A DNA stretch of 63,538 bases, counting the filler, from Pelomyxa schiedti (taxonomy: Eukaryota; Protista; Evosea), in assembly GCA_020536535.1 (NCBI GenBank). It is 12 parts of 12 records of this genome, joined end to end, with 100 filler letters (N's around TTAATTAATTAA, not from the genome) between each part and the next. Parts side by side here need not be neighbours in the genome. Positions count along the whole stretch, not along the records: positions 49,552 to 52,339 come from JAHLWZ010001887.1; positions 52,440 to 53,861 come from JAHLWZ010002515.1; positions 53,962 to 55,484 come from JAHLWZ010002446.1; positions 55,585 to 61,677 come from JAHLWZ010000234.1; 8 more parts are not named here. One strand, 5' to 3'. Below are positions 50,511 through 61,777 of this stretch, piece after piece. The notes under the pieces are model-generated. The model did no database searches, was not told where the DNA came from, and worked only from the letters and a program-made list of their open reading frames with translations. Each line of letters starts with the position of its first letter. The stretch's first letter is position 1. The translations under genes and the position numbers were made by a program.

Positions 50511-52447
50511 CCGTCTCGAGTTTCAAATTCTGACTTGCATTTATTTTTCCGACTTGGGGCTACTCTAGATCTACAACCACGGTGATTTAGCGTATGGCTA
50601 TTTACCAATCTGTTTCATTGAATGCCGCCGTTGGAGCCACTAAGTTTGTGAAGAACAAAGAAAGAGATAATAATAAATAATCGTGGGTTCTGTTGATTTG
50701 GTACCATGCAGTGCAGTTCAAAGTAATAGATCTGCAGAAATCATCAGTGGCACCCAACCAGTGATGAGTGCAAGTGGCTTGCTACACAGTGTCCATCACT
50801 CAATTGGAACAACTGCTGTTGTGCAGGTGAGAAAAGTCTGAGATGGGTTGTTTCCTTGAGTGGGAAACTGCACCAAAAGAGAACAGCAAATTGAAGTGAA
50901 AATGAGAGTCTCATGTGACATAGCTTTGTTTGAATTAGTGATTTCGCGAGCTTCAAATATGAGTTTCTTCTAGCATTCCCACACTTAATAGAACGCTTGC
51001 CAGGTGTTGTAGGTATGATCCTCATGATTTCTGCGCTAATCTCGTTGCAGAGTGCATGCTGGTAGTGCCGGAAATGATTGCTTCCATGCTGGAAATGTCC
51101 ACTTCTGTGTCGGAAATATCTGCTTCAGTGCAGGCTGATGTGCCATTCCACAACATCATAATTGCGATTCCACCATGCTGGACTCTCCTTGCCACTATGC
51201 TGCCTTGCCAGATACCCTCACCAGGATACCTCCAAAACCACCATACAAGAACGCCATAATAAAATAATGTGTGGTTTGGGGTTTTATTATGCCTTAAAGG
51301 GAAAAATCAGCCTAATAGAGTGTCACAGAGAACGATAGCTTGTTGTAGTGCATGTGCAGGTGCAATGTAGTGCAGATAGAGTCGTTGCCGAAACGCTTGA
51401 GCATCTCCCGTTGGTGCAAACGACCGAAGAACAGAATGAGCAGGAAAACAACAGGAAAACGATGTTGCTTAAAGAGTGGTAATAACGCGAGTGTACAACC
51501 ATGAGAACGTCGAAGTAGATGAGAGTAGCACCACAGTAGACATAACATATCATGACGACGATGAAGCATAACAAAGGTGCAATGCGAAATGCTTGCAAAA
51601 CGATGCGAATGAAAAGAGCAACAGAGCAACGCAACGAAGCAACATAATGCGATGTCACCGCATGTATGTTGAAGTACTCGAACGTAGCATGCCAATAGAA
51701 GCAACGTTGTGCGATAGCAATGTGCTGAGGCGAAGAGAATCGCCGATGATGTCGATCCATCAATGAACAAAGAGAAACAGTCAAGCCATGGCAACAGCAA
51801 CACCCATAGTAATGACGATAATTGATTGTGATGATCTCCTATTTTTATTTTATTGTTTTCTTTCTTTCTCTCGTACTACGCCCAAAACCGAAATCATCAG
51901 TGACCTCCAACAAAATACATCATGTGCACCTCGGGTCTTGTGAGCGTAGACGTTGGATCTCTTGTGAGAATTTTATCTGAATATTCGTGTAAAACAAACT
52001 CGAGTGAATAAGGTTACGTTACCGCACTCGTCGGTCGTATGGCAACGCAAGGTAACTCACCATGCACATTGACATGGGGAAAAACCGACACATATTTATT
52101 TAAAAGTTGTATTCCCTCAGTCGTAACATATACGTGTGTGCCACAGCTGCAAGTGTACCTGTTATAGTAGAATCCGCATTTCTTTCACCGACTAGTACGC
52201 CAACACAGCCACAGCATCCCACCACCACCTCCACCGCCAACGCCACCATCACCAACACCATCACGCCCTCACCAGCACCCACACCTCCTCAATTTTCAGC
52301 AGAACATGTAGAATCGGCGTTCATGTCACCCACTCCTGCNNNNNNNNNNNNNNNNNNNNNNNNNNNNNNNNNNNNNNNNNNNNTTAATTAATTAANNNNN
52401 NNNNNNNNNNNNNNNNNNNNNNNNNNNNNNNNNNNNNNNAATTTGTT

Positions 52448-53811
52448 TTACAGGAGCGTAAAGCATTCGGAAAGTCTGAAGTCCTTGTCCCCTGGCACAG
52501 TGAATGAGGCAATGTGAAACCCAGAGGGTGCATCCCAGCACTTTATCCTCCTGTTGTACTCTTTGAATAGAACGCCATTTCCCCACAACTGATGCCCATA
52601 GCCAGTGCACTTTCCTTTCCACTCACTCACAAGCTGGTTTGTCCCTGTCTCGAACACCCTGAAGTGTGAGACGTTATGTTGATAGCTGCAAATGTCTCCA
52701 TAGTGAAAGTCATCAACTGGTGACACATCAGTCTCCAAGTCGAGCACAGTGACCACTCCACTAACAACATCCTGAATCAATGTACCACCGAAATGGTTGC
52801 CTATGTGGACAACAAACAGCCGCCTCTGTCTGTCACTCAATATGTGTGTGGTTGTGAACGAATTCCACCTCTCTCCCCTCTCCACGGAAAACTCCTTTGC
52901 AACCACAAGAGCTCTTGTGTCAAAGCACCTCTGGAGGTCAACAAGCCTGACACAACAGGAGCAACCCAGGTCAGACACAATGCACAACTCATCACCATCT
53001 CCAATGCACTCAACTGGCTGGCTGTGTGTCATGAACAGCTTCACACAGACCCACTGCCGCTCAGGCTCAATGCCTGAAACATCCAATACAAGAGGGTCAC
53101 CTTGAGGGAAGAAACACCCATCCAGCTTCCACACCCGTAATGCATGTAGGTAATAAGCAGTATAAACAACCAGCCATTTTCGGTTGTGCAAAGGAGCGCA
53201 AACACAGTTACGAGTAAGAACAATGCGACGAGCCACAGGAATGGAATCCCTCTGTACACTTGTGAGTTGCACAGCATACAGTGAGGCACCTTCGCCAAGA
53301 AACCACGCAGTTGGGCTCAGGCATGACACAGCCAGCTCTTTCCCTGGATTCCACAGCACCATTGGTGTGCCACCAGTGACACCGAGAGTGTGTGACACAC
53401 TGACAAGTACATACGTCCTGTCGAACTGGCCATTGGTACTCTGCCGGAGTTGCTGCTGGTCAGAAGTTCCAGTGAGCAAGAGTACCACCTGTCGTGATGT
53501 CGCCAGCACCCACGATTTGATGATGAGCTCGCACAGAACACTTTGGTGCAAAATAGACAGTTCCGGAGGGTGCACTGATGTGTCCGTCGTTGATTTGTTT
53601 ATGTCGTCGATCCCTCCTTGTGTTTAGTGGTGAGGGTGTTGACGAAACCTTTTTGAAAAAAAAAGGGAAATAGAAACCAGAACAAAAACGAAACAAAAGA
53701 AACGAATTGCTTCTTTAGGCAGACCCACTCACACATACTTTGAGTTGTCAATTGGCACATCAATAGAGCTGCAGCTTGATCACGTGCCCGCACGCACCTC
53801 ACTTTCTCCAT
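52448..53811 (-). CDS. Orphan multi-copy family member (probably complete, 2 exons)
   Basis: Exon 1 MEKVRCVRARDQAAALLMC; exon 2 ...LIIKSWVL...LHNRKWLVV...LRVWKL... beta-rich to the stop. Confidence 0.6.
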
Positions 53812-54035
53812 CTTTTTTTTTCTTTGTTTTTGATTACTTTCTGGTAACGGATTCAGAACACNNNNNNNNNNNNNNNNNNNNNNNNNNNNNNNNNNNNNNN
53901 NNNNNTTAATTAATTAANNNNNNNNNNNNNNNNNNNNNNNNNNNNNNNNNNNNNNNNNNNNTAGCGGCACAGGTTCTGCCAAAACTTGTAGCCTACGTAA
54001 CCGTGGAGGAAAGGCAATTCCTTCGCATACAGCTG

Positions 54036-55160
54036 CTAACTCTGACGCCAAGGCAGGCACACACGCGTTTGGTAGCAAGTTGGTGTACTAGTGGTGGTAG
54101 TTGAAGGAGAATGGTGAGATGTGCTTCCATGTGACTGATATGAACGGTGTTCATTATGGCGATTGTTCTGATGGTAATATCCCTGATCATTGTACGTCGA
54201 GTGAATTCGTTTGTCATGATCCTCAACCTCTTGTAGTGTCTGGATCAACGTTGGAATCGTTGTTGCTTGGCATGTCACTGCCGTGCGGTAATACTGCCCA
54301 TACAATGCATTTACGAACATCTTCACTCTCGTATTTTCATCCAGTGGAGTTCTCAATCTCGCCGCTTCTTTCTGAAATTTGCTTCCAAAGTATACAATCT
54401 TCTCACCACGTCTTTGTCTCATATTCGCCAGGTGATGTAACTGTTGCCCTTCATTGCGGTGTACAGTTAGTTTTTCAAGTTCATCAAGAGCATCATCAAT
54501 ATTTCTGTCTGACAAATGTTCTTCCCAGAAATATGATTGCATAGTTTCCGGTAAACTCCGACAAATACTAATCATTGCCTGACCTTTTGTCCAGCCACTT
54601 TCGTGAATGATCTCTTTCACAAGTGTGGACCATAACCTGAATGGTTGATGAAAGCGGTATGCGGGAATACTTGTCTTGAACATCGGTGTTCTAACAGATG
54701 ATGCAGCCGCGGAATCTGTCTTGTTCAAAGGCCGCGAAGCTGTATCTTCCTCATTCTGCTCATTAGGTATCTTATCTTCCGCTGCTGGGGTCTCCTCATG
54801 TCCTCCCAGAGTTTCACTATGTGCGTCAATGATCGCACCTTGATCTTGAAGTCTTTTGTCAAAAGCAGACATGGTTTTCTCTTGTCTCTGTGTGTATTCT
54901 GTCCATGTTTTACTGTTATCGTTAACAGTTTTCTGAAGGTTAGCGATTTGCTCTGACTGTGCTGTTACCATTTCGCACACACTCTTGAGCTGTTCGCGTA
55001 TCATGGTCATTTCATCTGTCGGGGCCGAGCTCGCCGAGCTTGCAGACGCGGAAGTACCGGCTGTATTATCCCCCGTATCACGTGATTGATTGGTTGGATC
55101 TGTAGTAGGTTGTTTATGTCTTGCCTGAATCGGATCTTTATCTTCCTTTCCGTGAGGCAT
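54036..55160 (-). mobile_element. Ty3/gypsy-type retrotransposon gag
   Basis: Intronless 374-aa ORF with a coiled coil, then the retrotransposon-gag pattern LANMRQRRGEKIVYFGSKF...RVKMFVNAL; pol is lost at the scaffold edge. Confidence 0.75.
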
Positions 55161-55234
55161 AGTCTTGAAATGGTGAGTGCGCTCTTATCTTACAAAGATG
55201 TAATGACAGGAGTATTTAGCCTTGTACCAAACTT

Positions 55235-55247
55235 GGCACCTCCACCA
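55235..55247 (-). promoter_or_regulatory. Primer-binding site complementary to the tRNA-Ala 3' end
   Basis: Minus-strand TGGTGGAGGTGCC is the complement of GGCACCTCCA-CCA, a typical tRNA-Ala 3' end, 75 nt upstream of gag. Confidence 0.75.
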
Positions 55248-55484
55248 TACGCTACACGACGCTCGTAATAGCGACTTAGCTCTTCCTTCACAAGACCAAA
55301 TAACTCAAACGCAACAATAGTTTATTCAACACTCAATTACTCAACCAATTTAACGACCATTGCGATCTCGTTGAAACGGAGATCTTATAAATGCTACGCA
55401 GGGGAATGGTGCCAAAGGTGTCAAGCTTAGCTTTGGTGAATCTCTTGCCATTCTAATCCCGCGATCTAAAGTCTATCTCACTAG
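55248..55484 (-). mobile_element. 3' part of the 5' LTR
   Basis: Abuts the primer-binding site; contains TATAA-like (atttataaga) and AATAAA in LTR order; truncated by the spacer. Confidence 0.55.
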
Positions 55485-57338
55485 NNNNNNNNNNNNNNNN
55501 NNNNNNNNNNNNNNNNNNNNNNNNNNNNTTAATTAATTAANNNNNNNNNNNNNNNNNNNNNNNNNNNNNNNNNNNNNNNNNNNNTGTTGATGATGATGAT
55601 ATTGTTCCTTGAGGTGTGTGAGTGACTCCATTGCCTGGCTGTGTGTTCTCTTCTGTTTGTCAATAGCATATACCTTGAGGTGGGTAAGCGGGGCAAATAG
55701 TGAAACCCACCAGAGGGAGGATTACCTTCGCATATGAGGTATATTCTTCTTCAATCAAAGACCTTTTTTAGCCTTCGTATTTTCCAAGGTTCCACTGGCA
55801 CACGTGTGACTACATGGAGACCCCCCCCATGACAATGACGATGATAATGACAATACATCACAGTCGCTGGATGGGATATGGTTACTTAACCCAAAATAGA
55901 TAGAAAATTTCAACCTCTTATTAGTCTACTACAGTGCACCACACCCACAGAGAAATCGAATGGGGGGATAAAACATGTAATACACGCGTAGATGTCAGAT
56001 GAAAATCAGGTTCTTTGTAATAAAGGGGTGTCCTATAGTTTCTTTTAGTAGTGAGATTGAGGGGATTTGATACTGCTTTGTTTCGAGTGATGGTTACTCG
56101 ACTCCACACTCCACAGTGACTGTGAGAGAGAAACCCAAGAGACCCCTTTGAGTTCTAGCACTGGGGGTATCTGATGGATGGGTGCATCCTGCGGGCGAAA
56201 AGGGGGGAGAGCCCAACACATCCATGCCGCCACTGCAGATCGAGCACACGACACTAAAAGTGCCTGTGATGAGCCCAAGGGGGAGCCCGCAGAATGCACC
56301 GCCATCAGCCCACGCTATGGGGGTCCTTAAGGGAAAAAGCACCTATTGGGAAAAAATGAATATGTTTAAAACGGGAAATAAATGCCCCAATAGTATTCAA
56401 GCTTCGCGAAAGGTCGGGAATTTGTATCTCATGGAACAGTTAGTAAATCTGTATGAAGGGAATGGATATACTGCCGCCAATATATTTATATTGTGACAAG
56501 TCCTCAAAAATATACGAGTGCCCAAGGTGTGCGTAGATTATCGTAGGTAGTCCCATATAGCCCATTGCTGCATTGCGGGGAAGAGAGTGTACGCGGCGGA
56601 CAGCCAAGTCCTCGCCGCCACCCTCAAAAACGACCATTGCCCTTGCTCCCCAAAGCAAAGTGGCTCCTCTGCGAGTCTCCAAGTCAGTTCCAGTGCCAGT
56701 ACCACTGTGGGAGTGAGTGCAGGCATTGCCGGGGAGTTTGAGTTTTTTGGCGGCGGACAGAACTGTCCCACCGCCCTCCCCCGAGTCTCTGCTTCCTTCC
56801 ACGAGGTGCAATAGTCTATTCCACTGGCGACATTGTCATTTCGAAGGATCTTGGACATAGTTACGCAGCACGCAGGTTGGTGTGTTCGACGAGGAGTTTG
56901 CGTTTACGTTACGGGTTGGGTTTGTGTTGCGTACCGGGTTGTTTGCCGCGACGCGTGTCAGCCGGGGCGAGTAGTTAATTGCGTTGTGTGTGCAACTTGC
57001 AACACTGACTGAAGATCCGATCTTGAGGTAGTGGCCGGCGTATGTGCGGTTTGGAAAATCGAAAATTCTCGGCCAACAAACTTGTGCTTTTCTCGTCTGT
57101 CATCGCATCGTGCTGTGTGCACGACTATGCACGACAAGAAGTGGAGGAGGATAATATTATCACGGTGGCTATTGGGTGCGGTGCCACTGGGCAACCATTA
57201 CGCAACTGCTGCGCGTTTTCTTCTCCTAACATCACTCGAGAAAGTACAGAATGTGATTGATAAGAAAACGAACCAGAGCTGGTCCGAAAAACCGCATTAG
57301 GACCCCCTGATCTGAAGCAGGTCCACCTTTTTTTTTGC

Positions 57339-57775
57339 TAATTAGCCTAGCCTTATTGTTACGGGCCCACACAAAAACCACACTCTCGAGAGTGCTTGGG
57401 CTCATCACAAAAACAACAAAAAACAAAAATGCAATTGCACACACAATGCTGCACGGGAATTTATTCCCTGCTGCTGGCCTTTGACTGGTGTCATATGGTC
57501 ATGCTGGTATGCAACAAAAAAAAAAAAAATGCACCCCTGCAACACACACACAAGCTGCGTGTGCGTGGCCTTGGAAGAGGAAAAAAAAAAATTTCCTACT
57601 ACCAGCTGGTCCTTTCGGGGAGCGCCGGGTTCGAACCCACGACCTGTTGCGTGCGGAATCTATTTTTATCCGCTACGCTACCCAGATCTGGTTAGAATCT
57701 ATGATCTCCTGGTCTGGTGTCGTGTTAATTAGCCTAGCCTTATTGTTACGGGCCCACACAAATACCACACTCTCG
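57339..57775. repeat. 50-bp direct repeats (57339-57388 and 57726-57775)
   Basis: taattagcctagccttattgttacgggcccacacaaa(a/t)accacactctcg, one mismatch. Confidence 0.9.
57581..57690 (-). ncRNA. tRNA-derived Pol III unit (SINE-like or small ncRNA), not a cloverleaf
   Basis: A box TAGCGTAGCGG, B box GGTTCGAACCC and a T11 run downstream; acceptor and anticodon stems do not pair. Confidence 0.5.
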
Positions 57776-58199
57776 TTACCCTTGTCCTTATTGGCCTGAC
57801 GATTCAAGTTCAGCAGGGAGTGTGGTGTAGTTGTTGCAGGTAGTAGCGGGACTTGGTGGTTTCTTTGCTTCAGTTTGCTTTTCCCATGGTTGTATAACAC
57901 TCTCACAGAAAGTACCTACAGACAGTTGTTTGGAAGCAGAGCCTGAAAAGGTAAGAAATTTCTTTTCCAAGGAAATGATTTTATTAATTAATTATTTGGC
58001 AGAGGCCAACGATTGCCCACGTCATACAAGTACTGAAAAGACTACCGCCTTAGGCGGGAACAAGTAAAAAAACAACAACCATCAACACCCCAGCACACCT
58101 CACTGTGTGGTGGTCACTATCCAAACCCAATCTACCTCGGCACAGTGCTGCATTTTTTTTTTGGGTTGTACGGAAACAAAAACAAAGACTCAACTAGTT

Positions 58200-60247
58200 T
58201 TAGAATTCCTTGGTGTAGCCAATGAGGAATTCAGTCTGTGTACCCTCACATAGGGGGTCAGTGCTCACAAAGTGGTCGTTACATGCAGTGATGAAGCAGC
58301 GATACAGAGGCAGCCTGTCATCAGAATCCTCTGTGTAGACCCAACCAAGAGTCCTCAGAGCCACACCACCGGCTCCACAGGCATCATCAGTGTCTCCAAT
58401 TCCAACCATATCTGGGGAATAGAAAGTATCAGTAAAGTTATACTGGAGATAATGGGTGAGGTGTATGTTACGGTCATCCCAGGAGGTTATGTAACAATCA
58501 GTAATTTTTGTTCTGCCGGAACCCCCGGAAGTCAGAAGATAACCCAAAATTAATTCAATGCCATACAATCCATTTGGAAGTGGGAGAGAAGTTGTTACCT
58601 AGCTGGATGGTAAGCTGGAGCCAATGTGGGAGAATTCTGTGTGTTTTAATTACCCAGTGATCATTTTTGGAGGAGCTGAAATATCTTGTCAAAGCCACAA
58701 ACGATGCTGGAGACCCGGAAACTGAATTCAAAAGTATTTCAAGGGGCCTTGGTAAAAAGTGGTTGGTTTCCTTTCATAAAGTTCAGTTTACACCTTCTTA
58801 CTAAGTATCTCTGAGAAAAATCTTCTCCGGGTTGAAGATACATATAGTAAAGCCAATGCTGGGTTGTACTTGATGTATTCAAGTCCTGACAGTGAATGAG
58901 GTAGATAAAAGCAATCATAATAACACACTTGAACACCATCATCACGTAGAATAGAGGGATATGCCAGAAGCTCTGGGCAACCTTTTTTTTGTGGAAAAGT
59001 AACAAGTGGAAATTGAGACAAACTTGGAACCTGAATATCTATCCCATGACCCTGAGTCGGAGAAAAGGAGAGGAGAAGAAAGCCCGGTAAAATCAACTCC
59101 ATCAGGGGAAAGAGCTGCAAAAAGCCCTGCACCTGCGCCGATTGACAAATAGCCTGAACATTGATTGATGCTAGATTGTCCAGAGAATAGCCTGTACGTA
59201 GCAGTTCCAATGGCGCCAGTGAGAGGGTCATGATCACCACCAACACCAGGGGAACTGAAAGACCCCTGGTAATTCTGTTAATATTGCAGCAAGAAAATTG
59301 GAATGCATACAGAAAAGAGTTTATACCACGAACCTGGTATTCCCATTGAAGAAACGGTGGCTCGAGCAAGTCCATAGCTCCAATTAATAGAGTCCAAGAA
59401 CCACAAGTAAAAGTAGGTAGATGAGGGGGACAAAGCTACCCCATGGTCCCCATGTCCTCCTGACAGTGCTTCTTGTGACGGGGGAGGAGATATTACTTGT
59501 TGCGGTGGTGAGGGAACCTGATTGAGTGAATGCCCGCGGGAGGGATGAGTAATTTTACAAACCTTAAAGGTAACCCCCAAGTCGTCAGAATAGCAGAATC
59601 CTACAGACTTCCAAGAGTTAATTGAATATATATTCGCACTAACTATCCATATACACCTTGTGTGTCTCTGGATAATTGCAGTCATGCTCCGCGTGATACC
59701 TTATCGAGAGGGGTGGGGTGAAAAGAAGTTATTGTTTCCCATGAGTTTAAAATCGCACAGAATACACACCAACCAACCATGGCTGAACCGTTGTAATACA
59801 CCGAGTTGAGCCACCTCCCACATTCATCAAAAGATCCATCCTGGCCCTTTTCCAGCGCCAGAGTTGGGGTTTCAAGCAAGGCACCAATGTCCTGGCCTTG
59901 TGCATACAGGTAAGTATCTCCATTCGCGGTCCAACTTCGAACAACTCCGGGCACGTTTATCCCATTATAGGCAGTATCAAACATCGAGCCTGGTTACGAA
60001 AATTCACACCGGGAGCACAACAAAGTGCCAAAATTGTGGGTGCTTGTCAATCAATGAATGAACTCAAACCAGTTGGGCCGCCCTGATACTCAGCAGTCCC
60101 AATTTTGATCGTCACCAACTCGGGGGCGAAATCATCTTCGCCCCACCCAGGGCACAACTCGGTCTCCGTCCCATAATCCCCACACATCACCAACTGCCAA
60201 AGTCCTGAGGCTACCACGGCCACCACAACGGTCCCGACGGTGTTCAT
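58200..60247 (-). CDS. Secreted beta-propeller/glycoside-hydrolase-like protein with a C-terminal 'LYRC..DHF.S.DP.CEG' domain (multi-exon)
   Basis: Signal peptide MNTVGTVVVAVVASGLWQLVMC; Asp-box-like YSDDLGVTF; WYHAEHDC; C-terminal LGWVY...LPLYRC...NDHFVSTDPLCEG...EFLIGY. Confidence 0.6.
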
Positions 60248-60559
60248 TGGGTAACGAAACGACAAAAAAAAGAAATTGATCCCTCCTTCGACGAAGCAGA
60301 AACGCGTGCCAGAAGAAGAATGGTTTAAAGTTTTTCTTTTTGTTCATTTACTATGCAGTTTGTGGTGTGGAAGGTTGTTTGTTTGTTATGAGGGAGGGGG
60401 TCCGGGTTGCTTGTGGAACCTCCAAAGAGGTTGATGGTATTGTTGCTTCCAGCTGATGTGCACCACCACTGGAGTTCGTTGCGAGTTAAACTTCATTAGG
60501 GCCGGTGTGCTCTTGGCTGAAGAATTCTTTGAAGTGCTACTGTTTGTGTGTAAGTATAA

Positions 60560-61600
60560 TGTGAAACCAGTGGTTTGGTTGATGATATACCTTTTCTGGA
60601 GTGCCTGTCACAGTGGAAGCTGTTGTGTCTTTTTCGACTTGTTCAGTGTGTTCGGCAGTTTTTTTCTTACCNNNNNNNNNNNNNNNNNNNNNNNNNNNNN
60701 NNNNNNNNNNNNNNNNNNNNNNNNNNNNNNNNNNNNNNNNNNNNNNNNNNNNNNNNNNNNNNNNNNNNNNNGTCTTTAGTTTTGGAGTGCTTTTTGTGGT
60801 TGTCGGATTTTTTCTTGTTGACCTTGTCATTACTGGTCTCCTTCTTTTTCTTGTCTGATTTCTTCGAGTCAGTTTTCGTCTTACTTTTGGAGGACTTTTT
60901 CTTGGAGGTATCTTTTGACGAGGGTTTGTTGCTTGCCTTTGGCTTTATTGTTCTTTGATTCTTTGCTTTGTTCCGGCTTTTTTGTTCTCCTGTCAAATCG
61001 TTCAGAACATCAGCACACGGTGGTGCAGCAGGAGCTTTCAATAAAAGGGGTTGCTCGATTTTGTATCATGCAACTCAATTCTTTCAATGACTCGAGGGGT
61101 GTTTTTGGGAGATGAAGTCAGTATCACCTGATCCGAAGAGCTCACTGAATCCTGTACATCAAGTTGTGGTTGCTCAGCACCACCACCCTCATTATCACCG
61201 TGATTAGTTGCGACTTGAACCCACCTTGGACTTTTCCACAAGTTTGTCTTTTACAGAACTTTCCCGCCATCACTCGCAACAGACAGAGGGGACTAGTATC
61301 ACTGCTATCAACAGAGCTTCCCATTCCGATGCTATCTGACGTGTCCAAAGCAACTGCAACTGGGTCTGCCCCGGGACCGATTCCGGAGGCCGGGAGCGTC
61401 AGCGGCGTGGGTTTTGCGGCCGCGGCGTAGATTCGTGATTGCGGCGATTTGTGAGATTCTTTCAAGTGACGGCGCGCAGAGCCGACGCAGGTACCAATGA
61501 CCCACACACCGGACAAAACTCCTCCGCCTCGTTTTCGTTATCGTCGGTGTCCACATTCGGGGGACGACCGTAGTCGTCGGCTTCACTGTCACCGCTGTCG
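60560..61600 (-). pseudogene. Lys-rich hypothetical gene with an apparently frameshifted zinc finger
   Basis: CPVCGSLVPASALR and RHLKESH lie in different frames; downstream Lys/Ser/Asp-rich exon. Confidence 0.3.
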
Positions 61601-61777
61601 TTAATTGCCCTTCCGAAATCCGTTCAAGCAGTGACAGGTTGATTTCCCTGCATTGGAAAAGCCTGATTGATGAAGTTNNNNNNNNNNNNNNNNNNNNNNN
61701 NNNNNNNNNNNNNNNNNNNNNTTAATTAATTAANNNNNNNNNNNNNNNNNNNNNNNNNNNNNNNNNNNNNNNNNNNN

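Noticed and set aside
55921-57300. Short ORFs as a transposase or gene
   Set aside because: No recognisable motif or consistent exon chain could be built.
57581-57690. Functional tRNA
   Set aside because: Acceptor and anticodon stems cannot pair.
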